Part shown: positions 12,546 through 25,761 of the stretch, piece after piece
How the letters are laid out: each line of letters opens with the position of its first letter
Position numbering within the stretch: position 1 is the stretch's first letter
The notes under the pieces: model-generated
What the model was told of the DNA's origin: nothing
Seen by the model: only the letters and a program-made list of their open reading frames with translations
Database searches by the model: none
Assembly (NCBI RefSeq): GCF_009914755.1
Contig: NC_060926.1
Source of the DNA: the human T2T-CHM13v2.0 reference genome, Homo sapiens
Reading direction: 5' to 3' (one strand)
DNA length: 64,000 bases
Translations under genes and position numbers: made by a program

Positions 12546-13139
12546 ACTTTATGCTTATTATCTTATTCAATATTATTTCAATATACAGAAGACAAATGAA
12601 AATCAGATAGGAAAAAAAGCTCCCAAGATCTCACAGCCTATGAAGGAATGCCTGAATTCAGAACTTTTGCTGTCTCCACTATATAATGCTAGTGGAGCAT
12701 AAAAGCATATACTCTTGTTAGCATAAAACAGTACATAATTTCTAGTTTTATTACATTTTAGTTTGAAATAGGGGCTAACTATGGCCCCTATTTCAATGTT
12801 TTTTATGAATATAAAATGAAACATTATACACAAAGATCTTAGCACATCCCAGGTTCCCAATAAATATTAGCTATACTGTAAACATAATTTTGTTCCCTGA
12901 GGTTTGACACTGTTTTGTTCATTTCTGTACCCACAGTATATCAGAATACTTGGATAAAATAAATATATTTTGAATTAATGGAAAACAATAATATCCAAAA
13001 CATATGCTATACTCTTTGGGAAGAATTGCTAAATTTCCCTATCCATAATTAGTTCAGTTTAAGGCAATGTTCAGGATACAAATCTAGATAAAATCAAAAC
13101 AAACTCTATCTATATTAGTCAGTAAAAACTTGGAGTACA

Positions 13140-13584
13140 CTATTCCCAATAGCAAAGACTTGGAACCAATCCAATGCCCATCAACGTTAAACTGGATAAA
13201 GAAAATGTGGCACATATACACCATGGAATACTATGCAGCCATAAAAAAGAATGAGTTCATGTCCTTTGCAGGCACATGGATGAAGCTGGAAACCATCATT
13301 CTCAGCAAACTAACACAAGAACAGAAAACCAAACACCACATATTCTCACTCATAAATGGGAGTTGAATAATGAGAACATATGGGCACAGGGAGGGGAACA
13401 TCACGTACCAGGGGGCCTGTCAGAGGGTGGGAGGAAGGGGAGGGATAGCATTAGGAGAAATACCTAATGTAGATGACGAGTTGATGGGGTGCAACAAACC
13501 ACCATGGCACATATATACCTAAGTAACAAATCTGCACATTCTGCACATGTATCCCAGAACTTAAAGTATAAGAAACAAACAAAC
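13140..13584 (+). mobile_element. L1PA 3' end
   Basis: ORF2 end, 3'UTR, perfect 16-bp TSD aaaaacttggagtaca (13124-13139, 13585-13600). Confidence 0.93.
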
Positions 13585-15252
13585 AAAAACTTGGAGTACA
13601 ATAATGAAGATCCTGAGGGCCCTAATGGCAGGACACTTCCAGACTGGTTCCCTATTTCTTTTGTAGAGGGAAAGAACTGTCTTGAAACAAACGCTAACAA
13701 GAAAATTAATTCATACATTTTGGGGGCAATAAGTGAAGAGCAAAACCTGTATTATTATAGCATATACAGTGATATAGCCCATACATATTCACTTATATTT
13801 TTATTAAAGTTCCATTAAGAATTCTATGTGTAGATGCTGAGAAATCAAAAAAATTAAAATAAGACAAAAATACTTATTTTTTTTCTCAGATAGATAAAAA
13901 ATTAGCAGGTAGTTTCTCAGGTAGTTCATCTCTAAGTGGGAAAATAACCGGACAAGCAACTAAAACACCACAATCTAAGGAAAGTATAGTGAACCATAGC
14001 ATTCCAGTGTAGGATGTGCCTTACTCCTACACTGGGCTTGGGGAAAAGCTCAAGGAAGAAATCATGGTTTCACAGCATAAATTTGAAGCCTGAAACTGAA
14101 GGCAGATAGGAGGAAACTTAAATTTAGGGAGAGGGTACAACATACATGGAAATATGATATTATGAGAAAAGCTCATTTAGGAAGCAGCAAATCCTTTGAA
14201 TAATTAAACAGAGAGTATATATTAGAGTATGTTAAGAAATAAATCAGGAGATGTAGGCAGATGAGACCTTGAAGGGCACTATATATCATGCATATAGAGT
14301 TGGAATTTGAAAAACACTGAAGGATTTTTAGAAGAAGGGTAATGTGATAAGATTATTTTAGAAATAAGAACCTCCTAATGTTTTGGAGAAAGCACTGAAT
14401 CTTATCAAAGAGACTGGAAATACCAATGCAAGTACTAGTCTAACAAAATTACAAAAATATAGTTTGTGTAAAAATGTCACTTGTAATATTTTCTTTTTTT
14501 TTTTTTTTTTTTTTTTTTACCAAAAATACAATTATGCTGCATGCATGTTTGGTCTATTTGATTTCCATTTAACAATATATTATGAAACTTTGTCTGTGCC
14601 CCAAATATATTATATTAGCCTATCATCATTAATGACCCATATATACACATATATTGCCCACAATTTATCAAGTCAACCAAAATAAGCATGGACTGGATGT
14701 GTATGTATGTTTGTTTAAAAATAAAGAATGTTCTCCTTCAACTATGAATAACTTCAGAAGTTAGAGTAATGCTGCTTTGAAAATAACACTATTTTCTACT
14801 ATGATAGAACTTATCTTTGAAGAAAAACTGAATCCCCATTTTCATGAATATCATACCTTTCTGAGAAACTATGACACATACATAATTAGTTACGAATACA
14901 GACTCTCAGAATTTGAATTTCAATTCTCATTACAGTAAGCCTTCTGTTATTGTAACTGGAACATGGTTGAATATTGAACTGGATAAGAAGAAATAGAAGA
15001 ACAAAAAGAAACAGGACACTGTATATATTCAATAAATAATTGCTTAAGATATGGTAATGTCATAAATTCAAAATGTTTCAACTAAAGAATTAATACCTAG
15101 ATATGTTCTTTAGTGATTACCAAATGCATAATATCATAGGCTTTGAAACAAGACAGTGATCTGAGATCTGGGAGGTTCAACTGCTATAAATTTTGGGAGG
15201 GTACTCGACCTCTCTAAATCTTAGTGTCTTCATATAAAAAGCACACACACAC

Positions 15253-15631
<379 letters not shown>

Positions 15632-15833
15632 TCAAAGATTAAATAAGATATAATACACCTGGCAATGTGGCCAGCATATAATTTGACATTCAGTAATTCT
15701 AGTTCTCTTTTCTTTTGTCTTCCAATTCTTCTGCACATAAAAATTTAAAAAACTATATTACATTTGACCATTATCTTAGAAGCAAGGGCATGGTGCCATT
15801 CCTAAGTACAGTACAATTTCTCTCTGTTCTTAC

Positions 15834-15975
15834 CTGGTGATAAAGTACTTCAGGGTAATCCTGAGCCATTAACCGAAATAGGGCAAATAAGGCCCAGCCA
15901 AAACTGTCAAAATTTGTGAAGCCTTGATCAGGATTTATGCCAGCTTTTACACACACATATCCTTCAGGACACTGA
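15834..15975 (-). CDS. SCN7A: SCN7A coding exon 8 (DI pore loop): [47 protein letters not shown]
   Basis: Acceptor tctttAG, 142 nt, donor CAG|GTAAGA. Contains the DI selectivity-filter Asp (QD). Confidence 0.97.
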
Positions 15976-16219
15976 CTAAAGAAGACAAAGAAAAAAACCT
16001 GCTTACTATTAGGTGACTATCAGATTATGGTCAAATCATAAATATAGAACATCAGTCCTGAGTAATAGAGAACTCACGCTTCCACAGGGAGAGTAATGTC
16101 TGCTCCCAAACAATTGCTTGCTAAAAAGTCACACATGAGTTAGATTATAAGTTGATACAGTGAACAGTGTTAATTAAGCGAAAATAAAAAGGGGCCTGAA
16201 AAGTGGTTTTTGCCAAGCT

Positions 16220-16435
16220 ATTTTTTTTGTATTTCTTTATTTTTTCATTGACAAAGAGAAACTGTACATATTTGTGAAGTACAACATGCTGTTTTGAAAT
16301 ATGTATATATTGTGGAATGGCCAAATGGAGCTAATTAGCATATGCATACCTCACATACTTATTTTTTTGTGGTGAGAATACTTTAAATCTATCGTCTTAT
16401 CATTTTTCAAGAATAAAATACCTTGTATTAACTAT
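16220..16435 (-). mobile_element. L1MA-like 3' tip
   Basis: T-rich tail and reverse L1M 3'UTR. Confidence 0.7.
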
Positions 16436-17211
16436 ATCTTTACTACTCCAATATTAAAGGGGAAATATCTGAACATCAGAGTGAAGGTATAACTGATGGA
16501 AAATAGTACTGATACAACTGCAATGGTTGAGGGTATAATTTTCAAATGACTTCATGTAAAGCCCTTAGAACCCATTATTTAAGGGTGAGAAAACATTTAT
16601 CGCATCAATAATTTATAAGCAGTATTTGCACATGGGGAGGCAGATCAAATTAAATATTTATTTTATTTCCTTTTAGGGAGTCCTCATATTTCTATCCACT
16701 TGGGAGTTTCGGTCTTGTGTTCCATTATTACAGTGGCAGTCCAGTAAATCATGCTTCCTCTCTCCACGCCCTTGTGTAGTTTTCTCTCACATTATTTTGG
16801 GTTTAGTCATGTTACTTGTTGTAGTTTTAATGGAACAAGGAGAGATTTAAAAATCACTTGTGCATTGGGACTTGCTACATTGCTGACCCATACTATCTGA
16901 GCAAATGAAGTATTGTTGTTGTCTTGTTGTTTTGGGATAGTTTACCATGCAGCCAAGTATGACTGCTGCAGGTGAAACACTGCATGACTTTCTCTTCTTG
17001 CCTTGAAATATACCATTGTATCCTGAATATCCATGACCATGTGTATCCAAAATATAGCCAAAATGTATTTCGGGTCATATTTGAGCTTGGAATGTACATA
17101 AAAGGAATTAGCTGAAATGGGATGGGACAGATACAAAGAGATGGGTTCACCATTTGGATATGAGAACAGAATGGGAGCCCAGCAGGAGCTGGGCAAAAAA
17201 ATATGTACTGA

Positions 17212-17507
17212 GGCCAGGCGCAGGGTGCATTGGTTCATACCTATACACTCAGCACTTTGGGAGGCCACGGTGGGTGGATCGCTTAAGCCCAAGAGGTCAA
17301 GACTAGCCTGGGCAACACGGCGAAAACCCATCTCTACTACAAACACAAAAATCAGCCAGTAGTGGTGGCACATGCCTGTAATCCCAGCTACTTGAGAGGC
17401 AGAGGCACTAGAATTGCTTGAACCCATGAGGCAGAGGTTACAATGAGCACAGATTGTGCCACAGCACTGCAGCCTGGGCAACAGAACAAGACTCGGTCTC
17501 AAACAAA
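17212..17507 (+). mobile_element. Old Alu (AluJ-like)
   Basis: Diverged dimeric Alu. Confidence 0.9.
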
Positions 17508-17680
17508 CTATACATACACACATACACATATATATATGTATATATATACGACATACATATGTGTATATATACGTATATATACGAATATATACACATATAT
17601 ATACACATATGTGTGTATATATATGTGTATATATGTATGTGTGTGTATATATATACACACATACATACATATATGTGTGC
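17508..17680. repeat. (TA/CA/TG)n compound microsatellite at the Alu tail
   Basis: Alternating purine-pyrimidine tract; source of several spurious ORFs. Confidence 0.93.
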
Positions 17681-18060
17681 TGAGCAAGTGAGAAAATGTC
17701 AAAATCCCCTGAATTTAACTAAACCATATAACTCATGCTCTCCTCCCCCAGAAGCCTTTTGTTAACCTGGGCACCAGAGTGTAAGAAAGAACTGAGTTTA
17801 CAGATGGCTGCCAAGTCATCCCAGCTAAGCAAAGCAACAGGAGGGAATTACATGAGTCACATTGCTGAGAAGTGCCCTGTTTCCCCTTTATGAATTGTAA
17901 TTTTCATCTGAAATTATAGGACAATGAGACATGACAGTTATGTCATCTCACTTAAGAATTATTTTGAAATGCTGATTTTAAGAACGAGGTTTTTACTAAT
18001 GTAAATTATAGTCATAAAAACATATAAGAGATTAAATAAGTGAAATATCAGCGTATCTTT

Positions 18061-18173
18061 TTAATTTTTTTTTAAATGGATGTGAGGCTTTCAATGTTGC
18101 CCAGGTTGGCCTCAAACATGCAGCCTTGCCTCTTTGCACGCCAGGACAACCAGCCCGAGCTATCGCGGCTCCC
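18061..18173 (-). mobile_element. Short 7SL-derived retrocopy resembling snaR ancestors (ASR/CAS-like)
   Basis: Minus strand GGGAGCCGCGATAGCTCGGGCTGGTTGTCC...GTTTGAGGCCAACCTGGGCAACAT...poly-A. 14-bp TSD with 12/14 identity (18047-18060, 18174-18187). Confidence 0.7.
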
Positions 18174-18413
18174 ATCAGCCTATCCTTAATATTTCTTTTC
18201 TCCCAAAACTTCTTTCCAAATGATAGATTTATATTGTCTTTCTTCGTCATTCTCACTAGCTCTGGAGCACTCTTGAAAACAGAAGATAAGATTCTTGTGT
18301 AAGTCCCAGCTCTGCCATTTACTAGCTTCTAGACCTTGAAGAAATCATTGAATTAGTCTGCCTATTGCTTTTTTAATAAAATTGGATGAATAGTATTCCA
18401 CATTGCATACTTC

Positions 18414-18772
18414 TGCTATGGTCTGAATGTTTGTGTCCCCTCAACATTCATATTGAAATTCTAACTCCCAATGTGATTAGGAGATGGGGCCTTTGATAGG
18501 TGATTAGGTCACGAGGGTGAAGTCCTCTTGAATGTGATCGATATCCTCAGAGAAAAGGCCTGAGAGAAACCTCTGGCCTCGTCTGCTATGTGAGGACACA
18601 GCAAAAAGGTACCATCTATTGACCAGAGGACAGGCCTTCACCAGACACCAAACTGGCCCAGCACCTTGATCTGGACTTCTCAGCTTCCCCGACTGTGAGT
18701 AATACACTTCTGTTGTTTTTAAACCAACCAGTCTGTGGTATTTTGTTAATGCAGCCTGAGTAGACTAAGACA
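18414..18772 (+). mobile_element. Solo MaLR LTR (MLT1A/MST-type) inserted in a MIR
   Basis: TG...CA termini, 359 bp, perfect 5-bp TSD ACTTC (18409-18413, 18773-18777). Confidence 0.88.
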
Positions 18773-18906
18773 ACTTCTCAGTATGGTTTTGATGATGAAA
18801 TGAGATAATACAATCAAATGGGAAGCAACAGTAAAAGCAATAGTCCTTCATTAAATACTATTGACAGGTGATAATGATTTAATAGAATAAAACTAATACC
18901 ACCTAC

Positions 18907-18976
18907 CCAGCATCTGTCCTGTTGCCACAAAGGAGAGCATATCTTTCTCCTTCCAAATAATAAAAGTTTTCTGTTT
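18907..18976 (-). CDS. SCN7A: SCN7A coding exon 7: ETENFYYLEGERYALLCGNRTDAG
   Basis: Acceptor tttttcAG, 70 nt, donor GG|GTAGGT. LLCGN..DAG motif. Confidence 0.96.
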
Positions 18977-19225
18977 CTGAAAAACAGGCAAGAAATGATA
19001 TTCTATATGTAATTATGAGTTAGCACCACAGTAGAAGTCCATTTGGATCTCTGCAGAAGCTAAAATACCTTTCTGCAATTGTGAAGAAAAGAGCAAATAT
19101 CCTTGCCTTTCAACCAGCGCCTTTGGGAATCTAACAAAATGTTGAGTGTTCAACATTTCTGGGAAGACTGCTTTGCCTTTAACGAAAGTTTCAATTTTTG
19201 ATATACATGGCAAGGTGATTCTTAC

Positions 19226-19432
19226 CTCGAATATAATATGGGTTTCCAGTTCTGTTGTGCAGGGTTTCATTTTCATTCTCTTGGGGCCATCGAAAACATT
19301 TATGTTTCAAGTTGCCCATGAAGAGCCCCATCCCAATTAGAGAAAATATGCTCAGAAAAAACAGAGTTAGGATAATGACACCAATAAGCTGCTTCAAGCA
19401 GTGGATCAGGACCCCTACAAGGGATTTCAGAC
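19226..19432 (-). CDS. SCN7A: SCN7A coding exon 6 (DI S5): [15 protein letters not shown]...[15 protein letters not shown]...NPYYIR
   Basis: Acceptor tttccAG, 207 nt, donor G|[16 protein letters not shown] motif. Confidence 0.97.
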
Positions 19433-20899
19433 CTGGAAAGAGAAACATTTGTTTTCGAAATAATGTAATATCTTAGAAAAGCACTATTGGCAAACCTCTC
19501 CCACAGCAACTGCATACTCCATTGAAATCAACAGTTTTATCTTATAATGTAATTCTAATTATTTGGGCCTCATAAATAAAGTGAATACTAAATCAAAAGT
19601 TGAGGTTTATGTATTATTGCTAATTTTTAACACCTAACAAAATAATTCAGACACACTATTTAAAATTAATCATTTGTTTGTTTCTCTTTACAAAGAAAAA
19701 CAATCTCCCTCTCTTGGTATCTACTTGTCATACTAACCTCCAGTGTTTGCAAACATAAAGAAAAGTGTAAGGTTATAAATCAAAATTAAAATGTTCTTGA
19801 AAAAAGAAACAGTTTGAAACAGCAGTATTATATGTTATTCTGTAATTGACTTTATAATAATTCAATTTGAATAATTTCAATAAGCAGGAAAGAGAATAAC
19901 ACAACTGTGGTCTATGTAAACTGTATTTATATCAGAATACTAATAGAGAACTCAAACCTAAAGCTGGCTTTATTTAAGGATATTCATTTTTCTAATTATA
20001 AATAACACATGCTGACTTCTGAAAGTAGAAAACAAGAAAAAACAAAAATAACATAATCATATCTCATAGAATTACTATTAAATTTTTTGTATATAAACTT
20101 TCTTTCTTTCTTCCATCCTTCCCTCCCTCCTCCCTTTTCTTTTTCACTTGCTCTCTTATTTGCTAGTCTGTGTGCATTAGTATCCTAATAACTGCTCAAA
20201 ACAATAATGAATGAGAATATACTAACTCTGTGATGTTAACTATGCAAGTAGTCAACATTTGTATGCCTTAGTTTTATAATTTTTTTACATGGAAATAATA
20301 CCTACTTTCTATCTTATTGTGAGAATTGAAAACTGTCATTTGAATGACCTTAGATGATTAGATTTCTTGAGTAAAGTATGACAGGGTTCAAATAAAGTCA
20401 TTCTTGTGACTACAGAAGTGTGATAATCTAGATTAAATATACAATTTTAATTTGACATCATAATAAAATCTATTTATAGCCTCCTTTTACCACTTAGAAT
20501 TATATCATTCTTTTTACTATAAGCAAATCTTTTCAAAGTATTATACTAGATATATAATAGAACTTCTGTGTCAAATATACTACAGTGGTTTACCATTGAT
20601 ACACATGTTCACATAGTTTTCGAGAGATGTTGAACCAATGTATAAACCAGACTATAAGCCTTCACTAGAACTGGAACATTTTGAAATATTGTTGGCAGTT
20701 TATTAGAAAAAAATAAAATGACTTCAATGTAATTTCTGTAGTTACTATTCCAAACTTTTAAAATAGGTGTATTTGCACTGTGTGCTTATTTGGCAACTGT
20801 CATGAGTCCTTAGTATATCTTTATACTGAATTTTTTTCATATTGTTTTGTTGGAAATGTTTTTAAGAAGAGCAATTCTTAAAGAAAAATATATGTCTGT

Positions 20900-20929
20900 G
20901 TTTATATATATATGTGTTTTTATATATGT

Positions 20930-20962
<33 letters not shown>

Positions 20963-20978
20963 GATAGATAGATAGATA
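20900..20978. repeat. (TA)n(CA)n(GATA)n microsatellite
   Basis: Read directly. Confidence 0.9.
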
Positions 20979-23904
20979 ATTTCCATCATATACCCAGTTT
21001 TTGGCAGAGCCTTAATTTTACTACTGACATTTTGTTTGATGGAAAAAAATGACACCATCACATTTTTATAAAATTAAGTTTGTTAATAATTTTCATTAGT
21101 ATATACTAATTATATTTTGTTAGAAAGTTCCGGGTCTTACACCAATTTCGATCTTAATTTTCTGGTATAACTTCCTCCTCCTTTTAAATTTTAACCTTTG
21201 TTTTGCTTAGCTTAAGTAAGTCTATTATAGAGTTTAATTGTATTTCTGACTTCATATTAAAGTCTCTGCCTTGATAAAAAAAATTTAAACCAATTGCATT
21301 TATTTTCATAAATTAGGTTTACACTGGAATATACCTTTACTTTTTTTTATTTCTATATTCTCCTTATTATTCACTGTGTTTCTTTTCCTTTGTCAATAAA
21401 TTTACTGTGTCTATTTTTTCCTTTATTATTTTAGATAAAATACATGTTTTGAGAACTTATATCCAATTTAAGTTCCTATTTTGAAATAACATGCATATCT
21501 CTACATCAATAAGACTGTGTCTACTCAGTCCCACCACATAAGGTGAGAAAATAACTGTATTTATTTTCTTACATTTCTCTATTCTTACTTCTCAGTTTTT
21601 GTTAATATAAGTAATGACCTTTGACCTAGTTATAATTGTTGAGTTATGTATTTTGTATCACATATTATCTATCATGATTTATAGAAAGGATAAAATTCAA
21701 ATCCTTACAAGGGCTTGCCAGGAAGCATAAATTCACACAAACAGAGAGTTGAGAGGACTCAGATGAATCTGCCTGACTGAAAGTGGCAGCTGTTCTTCAT
21801 CTACAGCAGGTTGTTGCTGTTCATAAATGTAGGTGGACCTAACCTGACAATTCAAGTTAAATTGGATTTCAAAATAAAATCATTAAATTTTTATAATATT
21901 GACAACTATTTCAAAGTTTTCTAAAACACAAATAAAATATGTCTCTAGTTCAAGAATGAACCACGGAAGTCCATGTGGTAACTTCTGATTTGTAATATTT
22001 GCATTCTGTTTTGCAACTCACTAACAGCAGTAATTTGCAATCCATTCTGTGTCGAAATGGTTTCAGAGCTCGTTGCAATTACTTTTAGAACTAAATACTC
22101 TCATTGCTAAATATTTCATTTTCATACTTACTTTTTCAGCAGATATTCTGAAAAGATACACATGTACAGTTTGAGAACTCTTGTATAGCTGAGAACATAC
22201 ATTTGTTGACTACACATACAAATGACAGCCAAGTATAGAATTCTAGTGTCTCAACTTCCCTGCCTACACTTTCCCCCAAGCTCTGAAACTCCACTGTCTA
22301 TTTAAGTTTACTATTAACATGCGGTCTAAGGGTGACCTGTCCACGATGTATGTTTCTTGCCCTTTTGCTTGAAGAATTTTATAATACTTTTATTCTTTAA
22401 TACTTTACATTTATAACATTTTACAATATGTCTAAGTGTGTATTGTAGTTATTATTTATCTAGTATAAGCTGATCTCTTTCATTTGTAGGGTCTTTTTCC
22501 AGTTAAAATTTTTTTTAAGTTTTTTCTATTGTATATATTTCAATAATTTGTCTTTTATATTCATTCTGGTCTGTTTTCAGGATCACTGTTTATGCATAAG
22601 ATGGAATTTAGTTTTTTCTCCTTCATTAATCCATTCCATTTTTCAGTTCTACTGTATTAATATAGAATTCCTCTAGTCTTTCTTTATACAAGTGTGCTTG
22701 TTTGATGCACTTATAATACTATTTTACGGCTTCCATTACCACTGAATATTCATCTAGGGTAGTGTAATTTTTATCACTTTTTTGTCTTAAAGTTAGTTAT
22801 ATTTGCCTATATTACTCTCTCATTTCATCTTCTGTTGAGAGAATGTAAAAAGATAATTTATTATGTATGCTTCTATTTTTAAGCACATTTATTTTAAAAG
22901 AGGATACTTTCTTTCTATTAAATATATGTTTCTCTTTCTATATTGCAAAATATTTTCATACACTCCATATTGCTGGTATGTGTCTAGTATATTCTCCCTT
23001 GAAAAAAAGAGTGAGAGGTCCCTACTAGCCTGCAGGCTTCCAACTCTAGTGAATGAATTCTTCTTGTATTATTACAACTTGAATTCATCTGATTTATTTA
23101 ATAATTCTTACCTCTAGTCTTAGGATGAAGATGCATGTGAAATATGTGGGGAGTAGTAAGGGAGCTAGAGCTGTGAAAATTCCCACCAGGTTAACTCTCA
23201 CTGATTCCTTCACTAGATTTGGTAAAGCTGCCATGCCACAGACAGTTTTTATTAAACAGCTTTACTGAGATATAATTCACAAGCCCCACAATTCAATAGC
23301 TTAATGTGTACAATGTGGTCTTCTTTCATAGACCAGAAAGAAGCCTGTAGGCTTTGTTTTTGCTTTTATTATATTCCTCCTTTGTTTTCTTGATACAGCT
23401 ATTTCATAACACTTCTGAATTGCAGCTGAAACATTCTGGGTAGAGTTGTTCTTATCTAATTGTCCTTATTCATTCACAATAACAAACTAGAAGGTGTTGG
23501 TGTGTTTCTGTTAGAATGTCTTTAGAAATGGGAGCTGTAACTTAGTCTTCAGCATCTTCCATCAATGTGATAAAGTCACAACCACATTGATGGAAGATGA
23601 ATTTTATGGCATGTGAATTGCACCCTATCCAAGCACTCAAAGCAAAGGGGAATTCATCTTATTTTATATTACTTTGTTCATGTCAACTGGTTTCTTGATA
23701 AAATGAGGAAAAGAAAGAGGCAGATTAGACATCTGTCTAGACCACTATTTCTCTCAGAAGTCTAAGAAGAATTTTATAAGTTCATATTTAATTTGTAAGA
23801 ATTATAAATTAAAATATATTTCATTGATGTATATATTTTGGTTTTGTAAAAATTGAGCCTACACCAAATAAATAACAGTCAATGTACGTTTTTTCTTCTC
23901 TTTC

Positions 23905-23990
23905 CTGGAGTGACATAAATGTAAATTTCAGATAACTCACTGGTTTCAAAGTGGAAACATTATTCAATATTTCCTCTGAACAACAACAGG
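23905..23990 (-). pseudogene. Decayed duplicate of coding exon 5 (5A-position fossil exon)
   Basis: Minus strand reads LNNVSTLK, then after frameshifts GTT ATC TGA and ATT TAT GTC ACT CCA G (IYVTP-G), versus canonical LGNVSALR...VLR...ISVIPG. The donor position reads GAAAG instead of GTAAG. Confidence 0.75.
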
Positions 23991-24059
23991 GAAGTTCAAG
24001 TGAATACATGGCAGTACATAAAACAAAATGAAGAAAAGACATTCAATGCAATTTCTTAC

Positions 24060-24151
24060 CTTGATTTAAAGGAATAATTTTTAAAATTCTCAAAGTTCTT
24101 GCAGTTTGAAGCGTTGGAATGAAGTCCAGAGGTGAGTATCTTATAATAACC
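24060..24151 (-). CDS. SCN7A: SCN7A coding exon 5 (DI S3-S4): VIIRYSPLDFIPTLQTARTLRILKIIPLNQG
   Basis: Acceptor ttccacAG, 92 nt, donor G|GTAAGA. S4-like RxxRxxK periodicity; frame joins both neighbours. Confidence 0.95.
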
Positions 24152-24599
24152 CTGTGGAATTAAATTAGAGTTACTTAAAAGTCATATTACATCTGTGCTA
24201 CTTATTCTTGGCTTTTTATGGTTATTGAAACTTATTTTTAAAACCATATATGCAAACATTTCCCTTGATCACATGATTCCATATTGCAAACAGTTTTATT
24301 ATTGATTAGAAGACAAAGATTGCTACAGTGGAAAGTGGCCAGGTAAATATTAATCTATATTATGAGAGTTTACAAAAGTTTGACACTGTGAATGCTCAAT
24401 TTCTCATCAAATATTCTATACTATGTTCATAAATCTTTTATCTAATTACTGAAAAGATAGTTACAATGAAAAATGAATATCTAGTGTTTTAAGGAATAAG
24501 ATTCATTTTAAGTATTTAAACTTACAGTGATGATGATGGTAATTATGGTGGTGATATGAGAATAAAGATGAAGAGAGGATGAGGATGAGGATGATGGTG

Positions 24600-24870
24600 A
24601 TGAAGGTATAAGCAGACTGTGTGTTGTTTAAGGGCACAGACTCTGAAGCCAGACTGCTTGTGTAGAAATCCAGGCTCTACCATGAACTAACTGTGCAACA
24701 TGAGCAAATTATTTAAATCTTTCTTGCCTCAGTTTCCTCAACTGTAAAGTGGGGTTAATAATACTTTCTGATTCAGAGGGTTTTTTGAGAGATTTAATGA
24801 ATTAATTTATGTGAAGTACATAGAAGAGCACCTGGCACATAGGAAGGGCTCTGTAAGTGTTAGCTAACAG
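24600..24870. mobile_element. MIR
   Basis: Core motif gcctcagtttcctcaactgtaaagtgggg and cctggcacatagg end. Confidence 0.8.
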
Positions 24871-25412
24871 AAACAGCAAAACAGCAAAGATAATGGTAAT
24901 AATAGTAAAAGTAGTGATGGTAATAATTACAGTGATATGAGACACTATGTTAGATTGCTTACAACATAGCAGACATCTTTATGCTGTTTATAAATGTTAT
25001 TTTAAAAACTGACCCAAAATCTACAAATAGAAAATTACTTTAAATTATTTTTAACAAGAGTTTGATGCCAGTAATGATTTCCATAGCTAGAAAACAGAAT
25101 ACACTAAATAGAAGCATTTTAAAAAGAGACATGAAATTGTTAGAATTGTATGAAGCATTCCAGAAAATGTGGGGGGGGGGGTGGTGTTTAAGATATGTTA
25201 TTCTGATCTCTAGCATATTTACTGGTCTTATGCAATGTAGCTACATGCAACGTAGATTGGGAATTGAGAATCAAATCTGCTAGGACCTTCTCCTAAGTAT
25301 TCAAGGGATTTGCTCACTGATCACTAAAAGGCACACTTAAAATGCACAAATTCAATCTTTATCGTTCTTGCTCCAAATAGAAAGCAGAAAATAACCCACT
25401 CCTTTCATTCTT

Positions 25413-25561
25413 TTTTTATTATTATACTTTAAGTTTTAGGGTATATGTGCACAACGTGCAGGTTAGCTACATATGCATACATTTGCCATGTTGGTGTGCT
25501 GCACCCATCAACTCGTCATTTAACATTAGGTATATCTCCTAATGCTATCCCTCCCCCTCCC
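25413..25561 (-). mobile_element. L1PA 3' tip (~150 bp)
   Basis: Perfect 18-bp TSD cccactcctttcattctt (25395-25412, 25562-25579). Confidence 0.93.
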
Positions 25562-25761
25562 CCCACTCCTTTCATTCTTATTGCATCTTCTGAGGACTAG
25601 GTCAGAGGCAGCTGAGAGAGCTCACTATGACCATAACTTTGAAGTATTCTTCACTTGCAGACTATCTGCAGGCCAAAATCTTTGCAGACGTCAATTATTT
25701 TTTATGAAAAACATTTTCTGAGCAAAACATTAAAATAGACTCAATTTAAAGAAATACTCAC

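Noticed and set aside
16942-17765. 242-aa and overlapping Y/I/H/T-rich ORFs
   Set aside because: Artefacts of a purine-pyrimidine microsatellite plus Alu; the same applies to ORFs at 28412-28716.
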